From: Eledone cirrhosa
Lineage: Eukaryota
Assembly: GCA_964016885.1 (NCBI GenBank)
Contig: OZ024756.1
Location: forward strand, 10,602,001-10,666,000
Length of the DNA: 64,000 bases
Direction: 5' to 3'
Shown here: positions 38,701 through 50,480 of the stretch, one piece after another
Layout of the letters: every line of letters starts with the position of its first letter
How positions within the stretch are numbered: the first letter of the stretch is position 1
Notes under the pieces: model-generated
What the model was told of the DNA's origin: nothing
The model's database searches: none
Seen by the model: the letters and a program-made list of their open reading frames with translations, nothing else
Made by a program: the position numbers and the translations under genes

Positions 38701-41700
38701 CAATGTGAAATAAAGTGTCTTGCTCAAGGACACAGTGGACTGGAGCAACGTGAAATAAAGTGTCCTGCTCAAGGACACAGTGGACTGGAGCAATGTGAAA
38801 TAAGGTGTCTTGCTCAAGGACACAGTGGACTGGAGCAACGTGAAATAAAGTGTCTTGTTCAAGGAAACAGTGGACTGGAGCAATGTGAAATAATGTGTCT
38901 TGCTCAAGGACACAGTGGACTGGAGCAATGTGAAATAAAGTGTCTTGCTCAAGGACACAGTGGACTGGAGCAATGTGAAATAAAGTGTCTTGCTCAAGGA
39001 CACAGTGGACTGGAGCAATGTGAAATAAAGTAACTTGCTCAAGGAAACAGTGGACTGGAGCAATGTGAAATAAAGTGTCTTGTTCAAGGACACAGTGGGT
39101 GGAGCAATGTGAAATAAAGTGTCTTGCTCAAGGACACAGTGGACTGGGGCAATGTGAAATAAAGTGCCTTGCTCAAGAACACAGTAGACTGGAGCAATGT
39201 GAAATAAAGTGTCTTGCTCAAGAACACAGTGGACTGGAGCAATGTGAAATAAAGTGTCTTGCTCAAGGACTCAGTGGACTGGAGCAATGTGAAATAAAGT
39301 GTCTTGCTCAAGGACTCAGTGGATTGGAGCAATGTGAAATAAAGTGTCTTGCTCAAGGACACAGTGGACTGGAGCAATGTGAAATAAAGTGTCTTGCTCA
39401 AGGACACAGTGGACTGGAGCAATGTGAAATAAAGTGTCTTGCTCAAGGACTCAGTGGACTGGAGCAATGTGAAATAAAGTGTCTTGCTCAAGGACTCGGT
39501 GGACTGGAGCAATGTGAAATAAAGTGTCTTGCTCAAGGACACAGTGGACTGGAGCAATGTGAAATAAAGTGTCTTGCTCAAGGACACAGTGGACTGGAGC
39601 AATGTGAAATAAAGTGTCTTGCTCAAGGACACAGTGGACTGGAGCAATGTGAAATAAAGTGTCTTGCTCAAGGACACAGTGGATTGGAGCAATGTGAAAT
39701 AAAGTGTCTTGCTCAAGGATTCAGTGGACTGGAGCAATGTGAAATAAAGTGTCTTGCTCAAGGACACAGTAGACTGGAGCAATGTGAAATAAAGTAACTT
39801 GCTCAAGGACTCAGTGGATTGGAGCAATGTGAAATAAAGTGTCTTGCTCAAGGACACAGTGGACTGGAGCAATGTGAAATAAAGTGTCTTGCTCAAGGAC
39901 ACAGTGGACTGGAGCAATGTGAAATAAAGTGTCTTGCTCAAGGACTCAGTGGACTGGAGCAATGTGAAATAAAGTGTCTTGCTCAAGGACTCGGTGGACT
40001 GGAGCAATGTGAAATAAAGTGTCTTGCTCAAGGACACAGTGGACTGGAGCAATGTGAAATAAGGTGTCTTGCTCAAGGACACTGGATTGGAGCAATGTGA
40101 AATAAAGTGTCTTGCTCAAGGACTCAGTGGACTGGAGCAATGTGAAATAAAGTGTCTTGCTCAAGGACACAGTAGACTGGAGCAATGTGAAATAAAGTAA
40201 CTTGCTCAAGGAAACAGTGGACTGGAGCAATATGAAATAAAGTGTCTTGCTCAAGGACACAGTGGACTGGAGCAATGTGAAATAAGGTGTCTTGCTCAAG
40301 GACACAGTGGACTGGAGCAATGTGAAATAAGGTGTCTTGCTCAAGGACACAGTGGACTGGAGCAATGTGAAATAAAGTGTCTTGCTCAAGGACACAGTGG
40401 ACTGGAGCAATGTGAAATAAAGTGTCTTGCTCAAGGACACAGTGGACTGGAGCAATGTGAAATAAAGTAACTTGCTCAAGGAAACAGTGGACTGGAGCAA
40501 TGTGAAATAAGGTGTCTTGCTCAAGGACACAGTAGACTGGAGCAATGTGAAATAAAGTGTCTTGCTCAAGAACACAGTGGACTGGAGCAATGTGAAATAA
40601 AGTGTCTTGCTCAAGGACTCAGTGGACTGGAGCAATGTGAAATAAAGTGTCTTGCTCAAGGACACAGTAGACTGGAGCAATGTGAAATAAAGTAACTTGC
40701 TCAAGGAGACAGTGGACTGGAGCAATATGAAATAAAGTGTCTTGCTCAAGGACACAGTGGACTGGAGCAATGTGAAATAAGGTGTCTTGCTCAAGGACAC
40801 AGTGGACTGGAGCAATGTGAAATAAGGTGTCTTGCTCAAGGACACAGTGGACTGGAGCAATGTGAAATGAAGTGTCTTGCTCAAGGACACAGTGGACTGG
40901 AGCAATGTGAAATAAAGTGTCTTGCTCAAGGACACAGTGGACTGGAGCAACGTGAAATAAAGTGTCTTGCTCAAGGACACAGTGGACTGGAGCAATGTGA
41001 AATAAGGTGTCTTGCTCAAGGACACAGTGGACTGGAGCAATGTGAAATAAAGTGTCTTGTTCAAGGAAACAGTGGACTGGAGCAATGTGAAATAAAGTGT
41101 CTTGCTCAAGGACACAGTGGACTGGAGCAATGTGAAATAAAGTGTCTTGCTCAAGGACACAGTGGACTGGAGCAATGTGAAATAAAGTGTCTTGCTCAAG
41201 GACACAGTGGACTGGAGCAATGTGAAATAAAGTAACTTGCTCAAGGAAACAGTGGACTGGAGCAATGTGAAATAAAGTGTCTTGTTCAAGGACAAAGTGG
41301 ACTGGAGCAATGTGAAATAAGGTGTCTTGCTCAAGGACACAGTGGACTGGAGCAATATGAAATAAAGTGTCTTGCTCAAGGACACAGTAGACTGGAGCAA
41401 TGTGAAATAAGGTGTCTTGCTCAAGGACACAGTGGACTGGAGCAATGTGAAATAAGGTGTCTTGCTCAAGGACACAGTGGACTGGAGCAATGTGAAATGA
41501 AGTGTCTTGCTCAAGGACACAGTGGACTGGAGCAATGTGAAATAAATTGTCTTGCTCAAGGACACAGTGGACTGGAGCAACGTGAAATAAAGTGTCTTGC
41601 TCAAGGACACAGTGGACTGGAGCAATGTGAAATAAAGTGTCTTGCTCAAGGACACAGTGGACTGGAGCAATGTGAAATAAAGTAACTTGCTCAAGGAAAC

Positions 41701-44700
41701 AGTGGACTGGAGCAATGTGAAATAAAGTGTCTTGTTCAAGGACAAAGTGGACTGGAGCAATGTGAAATAAGGTGTCTTGCTCAAGGACACAGTGGACTGG
41801 AGCAATGTGAAATAAGGTGTCTTGCTCAAGGACACAGTGGACTGGAGCAATGTGAAATAAAGTGTCTTGTTCAAGGAAACAGTGGACTGGAGCAATGTGA
41901 AATAAAGTGTCTTGCTCAAGGACACAGTGGACTGGAGCAATGTGAAATAAAGTGTCTTGCTCAAGGACACAGTGGACTGGAGCAATGTGAAATAAAGTGT
42001 CTTGCTCAAGGACACAGTGGACTGGAGCAATGTGAAATAAAGTAACTTGCTCAAGGAAACAGTGGACTGGAGCAATGTGAAATAAAGTGTCTTGTTCAAG
42101 GACAAAGTGGACTGGAGCAATGTGAAATAAGGTGTCTTGCTCAAGGACACAGTGGACTGGAGCAATATGAAATAAAGTGTCTTGCTCAAGGACACAGTAG
42201 ACTGGAGCAATGTGAAATAAGGTGTCTTGCTCAAGGACACAGTGGACTGGAGCAATGTGAAATAAGGTGTCTTGCTCAAGGACACAGTGGACTGGAGCAA
42301 TGTGAAATGAAGTGTCTTGCTCAAGGACACAGTGGACTGGAGCAATGTGAAATAAAGTATCTTGCTCAAGGACACAGTGGACTGGAGCAACGTGAAATAA
42401 AGTGTCTTGCTCAAGGACACAGTGGACTGGAGCAATGTGAAATAAAGTGTCTAGCTCAAGGACACAGTGTTCTGGAGCAATGTGAAATAAAGTGTCTTGC
42501 TCAAGGACACAGTGGACTGGAGCAATGTGAAATAAAGTAACTTGCTCAAGGAAACAGTGGACTGGAGCAATGTGAAATAAAGTGTCTTGTTCAAGGACAA
42601 AGTGGACTGGAGCAATGTGAAATAAGGTGTCTTGCTCAAGGACACAGTGGACTGGAGCAATGTGAAATAAGGTGTCTTGCTCAAGGAAACAGTGGACTGG
42701 AGCAATGTGAAATAAAGTGTCTTGCTCAAGGACACAGTGGACTGGAGCAATGTGAAATAAAGTGCCTTGCTCAAGGACACAGTGGGTGGAGCAATGTGAA
42801 ATAAAGTGTCTTGCTCAAGGACACAGTGGACTGGGGCAATGTGAAATAAAGTGCCTTGCTCAAGAACACAGTAGACTGGAGCAATGTGAAATAAAGTGTC
42901 TTGCTCAAGGACACAGTGGACTGGAGCAATGTGAAATAAAGTGTCTTGCTCAAGAACGCAGTAGACTGGAGCAATGTGAAATAAGGTGTCTTGCTCAAGG
43001 ACACAGTGGACTGGAGCAATGTGAAATGAAGTGTCTTGCTCAAGGACACAGTGGACTGGAGCAACGTGAAATAAAGTGTCTTGCTCAAGGACACAGTGGA
43101 CTGGAGCAATGTGAAATAAGGTGTCTTGCTCAAGCACACAGTGGACTGGAGCAATGTGAAATAAAGTGTCTTGTTCAAGGAAACACTGGACTGGAGCAAT
43201 GTGAAATAAAGTGTCTTGCTCAAGGACACAGTGGACTGGAGCAATGTGAAATAAAGTGTCTTGCTCAAGGACACAGTGGACTGGAGCAATGTGAAATAAA
43301 GTGTCTTGCTCAAGGACACAGTGGACTGGAGCAATGTGAAATAAAGTAACTTGCTCAAGGAAACAGTGGACTGGAGCAATGTGAAATAAAGTGTCTTGTT
43401 CAAGGACAAAGTGGACTGGAGCAATGTGAAATAAAGTGTCTTGCTCAAGGACACAGTGGACTGGAGCAATGTGAAATAAGGTGTCTTGCTCAAGGACACA
43501 GTAGACTGGAGCAATGTGAAATAAAGTGTCTTGCTCAAGAACACAGTGGACTGGAGCAATGTGAAATAAAGTGTCTTGCTCAAGGACTCAGTGGACTGGA
43601 GCAATGTGAAATAAAGTGTCTTGCTCAAGGACACAGTAGACTGGAGCAATGTGAAATAAAGTAACTTGCTCAAGGAGACAGTGGACTGGAGCAATATGAA
43701 ATAAAGTGTCTTGCTCAAGGACACAGTGGACTGGAGCAATGTGAAATAAGGTGTCTTGCTCAAGGACACAGTGGACTGGAGCAATGTGAAATAAGGTGTC
43801 TTGCTCAAGGACACAGTGGACTGGAGCAATGTGAAATGAAGTGTCTTGCTTAAGGACACAGTGGACTGGAGCAATGTGAAATAAAGTGTCTTGCTCAAGG
43901 ACACAGTGGACTGGAGCAACGTGAAATAAAGTGTCCTGCTCAAGGACACAGTGGACTGGAGCAATGTGAAATAAGGTGTCTTGCTAAAGGACACAGTGGA
44001 CTGGAGCAACGTGAAATAAAGTGTCTTGTTCAAGGAAACAGTGGACTGGAGCAATGTGAAATAATGTGTCTTGCTCAAGGACACAGTGGACTGGAGCAAT
44101 GTGAAATAAAGTGTCTTGCTCAAGGACACAGTGGACTGGAGCAATGTGAAATAAAGTGTCTTGCTCAAGGACACAGTGGACTGGAGCAATGTGAAATAAA
44201 GTAACTTGCTCAAGGAAACAGTGGACTGGAGCAATGTGAAATAAAGTGTCTTGTTCAAGGACACAGTGGGTGGAGCAATGTGAAATAAAGTGTCTTGCTC
44301 AAGGACACAGTGGACTGGGGCAATGTGAAATAAAGTGCCTTGCTCAAGAACACAGTAGACTGGAGCAATGTGAAATAAAGTGTCTTGCTCAAGGACACAG
44401 TGGGTGGAGCAATGTGAAATAAAATGTCTTGCTCAAGAACGCAGTAGACTGGAGCAATGTGAAATAAAGTGTCTTGCTCAAGGACACAGTGGACTGGAGC
44501 AATGTGAAATAAAGTGTCTTGCTCAAGAACGCAGTAGACTGGAGCAATGTGAAATAAAGTGTCTTGCTGAAGGACACAGTGGACTGGAGCAATGTGAAAT
44601 AAAGTGTCTTGCTCAAGGACACAGTGGGTGGAGCAATGTGAAATAAAGTGTCTTGCTCAAGGACACAGTGGGTGGAGCAATGTGAAATAAAGTGTCTTGC

Positions 44701-44940
44701 TCAAGGACACAGTGGGTGGAGCAATGTGAAATAAAGTGTCTTGCTCAAGGACACAGTGGGTGGAGGAATGTGAAATAAAGTGTCTTGCTCAAGGACACAG
44801 TGGACTGGAGCAATGTGAAATAAAGTGTCTTGCTCAAGGACACAGTGGACTGGAGCAATGTGAAATAAAGTGTCTTGCTCAAGGACACAGTGGACTGGAG
44901 CAATGTGAAATAAAGTGTCTTGCTCAAGGACACAGTGGAC
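32758..44940. repeat. 45-bp satellite array (~270 monomers) derived from SINE family B body
   Basis: Monomer ggactggagcaatgtgaaataaagtgtcttgctcaaggacacagt; 36-bp core matches 5684-5720 and 53866-53902. Confidence 0.97.
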
Positions 44941-45000
44941 AGTGAGGGATGAAGCTGGTGATTTATGTTCGTGAGCTAAACACCCTAACCACAGAGCTAC
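44941..45000 (-). mobile_element. degenerate tRNA-like head of the SINE copy hosting the satellite
   Basis: Minus read gtagctctgtggttagggtgtt..agcttcatccc leads directly into the first monomer. Confidence 0.55.
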
Positions 45001-45290
45001 CTATCTACATTACTCACATCCATAGGATCAATTAATTTGCAGTACGCCTCTTTAATTTTCTGCCAAAATGTAATTCTTTAAATTTGCATTGAATCCAAAT
45101 CTGACCATCCCATAAATCATTAAACCATCATTGACTGCCCCGCCTCCCCCATAAATTCCCTTCCTTATCTATGGTGACATCTATTATAAATGATGAACAA
45201 AGAAAATTTACACAAAACAATATATATATATATATATATCATCATCATCATCATCACCATTTTATGTCCATTCTCCCATGCTAGCATGGG

Positions 45291-45354
<64 letters not shown>

Positions 45355-45470
45355 CAATAAAGAACATACACACACATATATATGTATATACATACACATT
45401 GATAGATAGATATATGGACACACAAACACGCATGCACACATACATACATACATATAAACAGATACATGTT

Positions 45471-45545
<75 letters not shown>

Positions 45546-45799
45546 TTTCCCTTTTGTTATTCTATTTTTTGGTAGAGGATTAATATGAAAGTAAAGGAAT
45601 GTATCAAGGACAAATTAGAATTTCTCCTATAATTGGTTCCCGTCATCTGTCAAGCTGATTATAAAACTGAATAGGTTTTTATTCCTCTACACTTCTCATA
45701 AGATTAATATTTACAATGATATTCGAGTCCCATCGTTTGCTGGAATATTGCAGACCATGTCAAACATGCCTCATATAATCTCCACTACTTACATCTTTA

Positions 45800-47082
45800 T
45801 TTGTTGGTTTGTTGGTTGGTTGGTTTATTGGCTGGTTGGTTTATTGGTTGGTTGGTTTATTGGTTGGTTGGTTTATTGGTTGGTTGGTTTATTGGTTGGC
45901 TGGTTTGTTGGTTGGTTGGTTGGTTTATTGGTTGGTTTGTTGGTTGGTTGGTTTATTGGTTGGTTTGTTGGTTGGTTGGTTTGTTGGTTGGTTTGTTGGT
46001 CGGTTGGTTTATTGGTTGGTTTGTTGGTTGGTTGGTTTATTGGTTGGTTGGTTTATTGGTTGGTTTGTTGGTTGGTTGGTTTATTGGTTGGTTTGTTGGT
46101 TGGTTGGTTTATTGGTTGGTTTGTTGGTTGGTTGGTTGGTTGGTTTATTGTTTGGTTTGTTGGTTGGTTGGTTTATTGGTTGGTTGGTTGGTTGGTTTAT
46201 TGGTTAGTTTGTTGGTTGGTTGGTTTGTTGGTTGGTTGGTTTATTGGTTGGTTTGTTGGTTGGTTGGTTTATTGGTTGGTTTGTTGGTCGGTTGGTTTAT
46301 TGGTTGGTTTGTTGGTTGGTTGGTTTATTGGTTGGTTTGTTGGTTGGTTGGTTTATTGGTTGGTTTGTTGGTTGGTTGTTTGGTTGGTTTATTGTTTGGT
46401 TTGTTGGTTGGTTGGTTTATTGGTTGGTTTGTTGGTTGGTTGTTTGGTTGGTTTATTGTTTGGTTTGTTGGTTGGTTGGTTTATTGGTTAGTTTGTTGGT
46501 TGGTTGGTTTGTTGGTTGGTTGGTTTATTGGTTGGTTTGTTGGTTGGTTGGTTTATTGGTTGGTTTGTTGGTTGGTTGGTTTATTGGTTGGTTTGTTGGT
46601 TGGTTGTTTGGTTGGTTTATTGTTTGGTTTGTTGGTTGGTTGGTTTATTGGTTAGTTTGTTGGTTGGTTGGTTTGTTGGTTGGTTGGTTTATTGGTTGGT
46701 TGGTTTATTGGTTGGTTTGTTGGTTGGTTTATTGGTTGGTTTGTTGGTTGGTTGGTTTATTGGTTGGTTTGTTGGTTGGTTGGTTTATTGGTTTGTTGGT
46801 TGGTTGGTTTGTTGGTTGGTTGGTTTGTTGGTTGGTTTATTGGTTGGTTTGTTGGTTGGTTGGTTGTTTGGTTTGTTGGTTGGTTTGTTTGTTGGTTGGT
46901 TGGTTTATTGGTTGGTTTGTCGGTTGGTTGGTTTATTGATTGGTTTCTTGGTTGGTTGGTTTGTTGGTTGGTTGGTTTATTGGTTGGTTTGTTGGTTGGT
47001 TGGTTTATTGGTTGGTTTGTTGGTTGGTTTGTTGGTTGGTTGGTTTGTTGGTTGGTTGGTATATTGGTTGGTTGGTTTGTTG
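45800..47082. repeat. (GGTT)n complex microsatellite ~1.3 kb
   Basis: Direct reading. Confidence 0.95.
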
Positions 47083-47084
47083 AA

Positions 47085-50000
47085 TGGTAGCAAAGGCGGA
47101 GATTTCAGACTGATGGCCATATATATGCCTCGACTGGGACATTGCGACCAGAGTTCTTCAAGTGTCTGGAGTCATTCCTGGGAATGCCTCACTCTTTAGT
47201 GTTACCGGGGGACTGGAATGGCATCTTAGACACGCGCCGGGACTATATAGGGGCTTCTGATAATAGAGGGGGGGGGGGGGGTGTAATAGCCTAAAATATC
47301 TCATTAGCCAATTCCATCTGGCTGATAGATATCGACTAGATTTCCCAAGTGCACCACTGTGGATGTGGTGTAACCGCAATAGGTCTTCTAGATCGTATTT
47401 AGATAGATTTCTAATTAGACAGAATGATAAGGAGACATTAAGCTGTCCACAAATGCACATGGTTGCCTCTTCAGACCACAAATTAGTCACCTGCATAGTC
47501 AACCTTGATAGAACACATAAACAAGGATACTGGAAGCTAAACATGTCACTCCCGGTGTGTAAGGCCTACAGTAAATGGATTAGCACTTTAGTTAAGTGCC
47601 AGTTGATGGGGACGATCGTCAACAACAGATGGTGGAGCTCTCTCAAGAGAGCAATTAGAGTAGAATCAATAGCCTCTAGCAAGGAAGTAGCTTTAGAAAA
47701 GAACAAAACCGAAAAGGAACTGGTAGCTAAAGTAAAAGAGGCACTTAGGAATGGTAGTACAGTTGGCGTGCTAGCAGCGAGAATGGTACTAGACCAGTTC
47801 TTCAACGTGTCAGAAGTAGAACACGTGCTCTAAGAAACGAGGGAGCCAAAGCTGTTAGCTGGGCCCGAGTGGCAGAGGCGAAAAGTGGCAACAAATCTAC
47901 AATTCGGTCATTGCAAGACAAAGATAGACGCATTCTACTTGAATCCTAGCAGATGTGCACGGCCTTCCAGCAACACTTTATACAACTGTTTGGGTAAAGA
48001 GGAACGTCGAGCAAGGTTATGGACTTCAGTTCCTACCTCGACAGCCTACACCGACTCTCAAGCACGGATGCAGAGAGCTGCAAAAGGCGGATCACATCGG
48101 GCAAAATAGAAGATGCTGGCATCCTCGAAGTGGTCTACTGCAACTGGCGGCAGAACGGGAGAATCCCAGGTTTTGTAAGCAGAGGCATAGTAACGCTGAT
48201 CAGGAAAGATGAGATAAGCAATTTCAAACCCATAACTCTGCTCAACACAGAGTTAAAGATTTTGGCCAAGGTGTTAGCAATGAGGCTGGCGCTTGTCGTT
48301 GAGAACTTGGTATGGGATGCGCAAACGTGTGCACTCCCAACCAGGTACATACATGATAACCTCCACCTCATGCGATACATCGTAGAGAGGATAGGGTGTA
48401 AACCTGGCTTCGGTGGGGCTCTGATCAATTTAGATCAGTCTAAGGCATTTGATAGGGTCGACCATCAATACTTGAAAGCGGTTCTCAAAGTGGCCGACTT
48501 TGGTCCTGTCTTCAGAGGCTGGATCGCAGCCATGCACACCAGCATCTGCTCGGCAGTCAAGGTGAATGACTACCTATCGGAGCCATTCCAAATCATGCTT
48601 TCCATCCGTCAGGGATGCCCTATCTCCTCCATTCCGTATGTTCTGAATCTCGAGTTGCGGAAGTTGGAGCTGTTGCAGGGCATCCCGATCGAACCAGGAC
48701 TGTGGAAACCAGTGTTGGCCTATGCTGACGACATAACCGTAATGGTGTCGAAAACCTCGGAAATCTGCAACCTGTTTCAGGAATACGAAACGTTGACAGG
48801 AGCAAGACTAAACCCCAACAAGTCTGTCAGTTTGCAACTCAGCACATGGAGAGGCAAAACCATGCCTTCCGACAGCATCGTTGGACGCTGGACGGAAGGA
48901 TTGGTGAAATTGCTCAGGGTCTGGTTTGGTCCAAACCTCCAGGTGGGCCAGAATTGGAACAAGGTCACGGCGAAGGTGTTTGAACTCACCCAGAAGTGGG
49001 CTGAGTGCAAACTCTCCTTGAAAGGTTGAGTGGAGGTGGCGAACACATAGCATCCGTCATCTACTACCACTTGACAGTCATGCCTTGTCCCCGCGAACAC
49101 CTCACCAAAATGGAACGCCTACTCTTCAAGTTCCTCTGGAAGAAACAGGATCCATTGGTGAGGAGATTCATCTGCTGCCAACACCCTTCTAACGGAGGGC
49201 TGGGCATGCTGTGGCTGATGATGCACAAACACACGCTGAGGCTACACCATCTCCAGGTATTCCTGACTGGTGAACCGGTGTGGCTGTCATTTGTGAGACA
49301 AGCTCTTCCACAACTCGTCTCGCTAACAGAGCTGCAGTCCTGGATCAAGCAAAGAGAGAAAATGGGTACCTGGCACCTCGAGTGCCTTCAGGCGCTCACA
49401 GCTCTCTACAAAGTGGAAACGGCAATCATCGGAGACTCCACTTCGACATTCTATAGGGGATTAGTGGAGGATAAGTGACAACGTTCTCGGGTAAACTCTA
49501 GGCATCGAGGAGGACGAACTGACCAGTCTGTTCAGGAGGACTTTCCGTCCAGGGCTTATGGATAACTTCCAGAGGTCTCTGGCCTGGCAGTGCTACTGAA
49601 GACCTCTACCAGTTTGAGACAAAATCTACAGATGCCCTGGCAGAGATCCTGCCAAAAGGACCTGTCCAAGATGCGAGCCAGACATTAAAACCATTCTGCA
49701 CGCAATAGTTCAGTGCCCAGGGGTAACCGACCTGTGGAATTATGTCGAACAGCTACTGTCACGTGTGGGACGCATCCAGTTGTCTGGTAGCTATGGCGAA
49801 AGAGGTAATATGGTGGACGAGGTTAAAAGGAGTCGCCGAACAACAACTCATCCCCTTCTTTAAGTACCACTTCAGAAGGAAGGTGAGAGTGGAGAGAGAG
49901 GTGCTACACCCCAGTAAATTCACTGAAAGGTGGGTGAATGTGGCGAAAATGGCCCGAGTGAATGGGCCTTCTCTGTATATAAACCTGTAGGTTGAGGAAG

Positions 50001-50245
50001 ACAAACAGAGGGAAGACGGGAACACCTACAAAACATGTTCCTGGTGTTGAGGGTTGTTCTATATCCACGGGGTGTAAAACAACCCCGCAGTAACGTCCCC
50101 CTCCACCATTGGGGATTTCGATTGTTTAATTTTGTATATATTTTATTGTTATCCATTATTATTGTTAAAGATTTTATGTAAAAACCCCGCCGTCGCGTCT
50201 TGTAATGTCCCATTTTTGTACGCCCCTGTGGCAAATAAAGAAATA
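47085..50245 (+). mobile_element. decayed L1/Tx1-clade LINE ORF2 (APE endonuclease, RT, C-terminal Cys/His motif)
   Basis: APE motifs GDWN, SYLDRF, SDHKLV, GYWKLN; RT NFKPITLLNTELKILAK, LDQSKAFDRVDH, RQGCP, AYADD (ORF 48019..49029); CPRC..H..C near 49660-49720; AATAAA at 3' end; frameshifts/stops. Confidence 0.88.
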
Positions 50246-50413
50246 TATCTATCTGTCTATCATAGAGGCAGTATTTTAGTCATAGTTATTTCAAAATGAG
50301 ATGAAGAATATATAACAGCAATGTGTTCAAAGTAAGGTTTCTTTTATGAGAGAAGGATAGATAGACAGAATATTTATATATACTTATATATATTTATGCA
50401 TATAAATGAATGC

Positions 50414-50464
<51 letters not shown>

Positions 50465-50480
50465 TAGATAGATATATAAT

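Noticed and set aside
32758-44940. CRISPR-like array
   Set aside because: Monomers are contiguous with no unique spacers, no cas genes, eukaryotic context
32756-44945. Long ORFs (up to 829 aa) of SLSKTLYFTLLQSTV / EQCEIKCLAQGHSGL repeats
   Set aside because: By-product of a 45-bp (divisible by 3) stop-free monomer from a SINE; frames are broken by 1-2-bp deletions
45748-47199. WLVG-rich membrane-protein-like ORFs
   Set aside because: (GGTT)n microsatellite open in all frames
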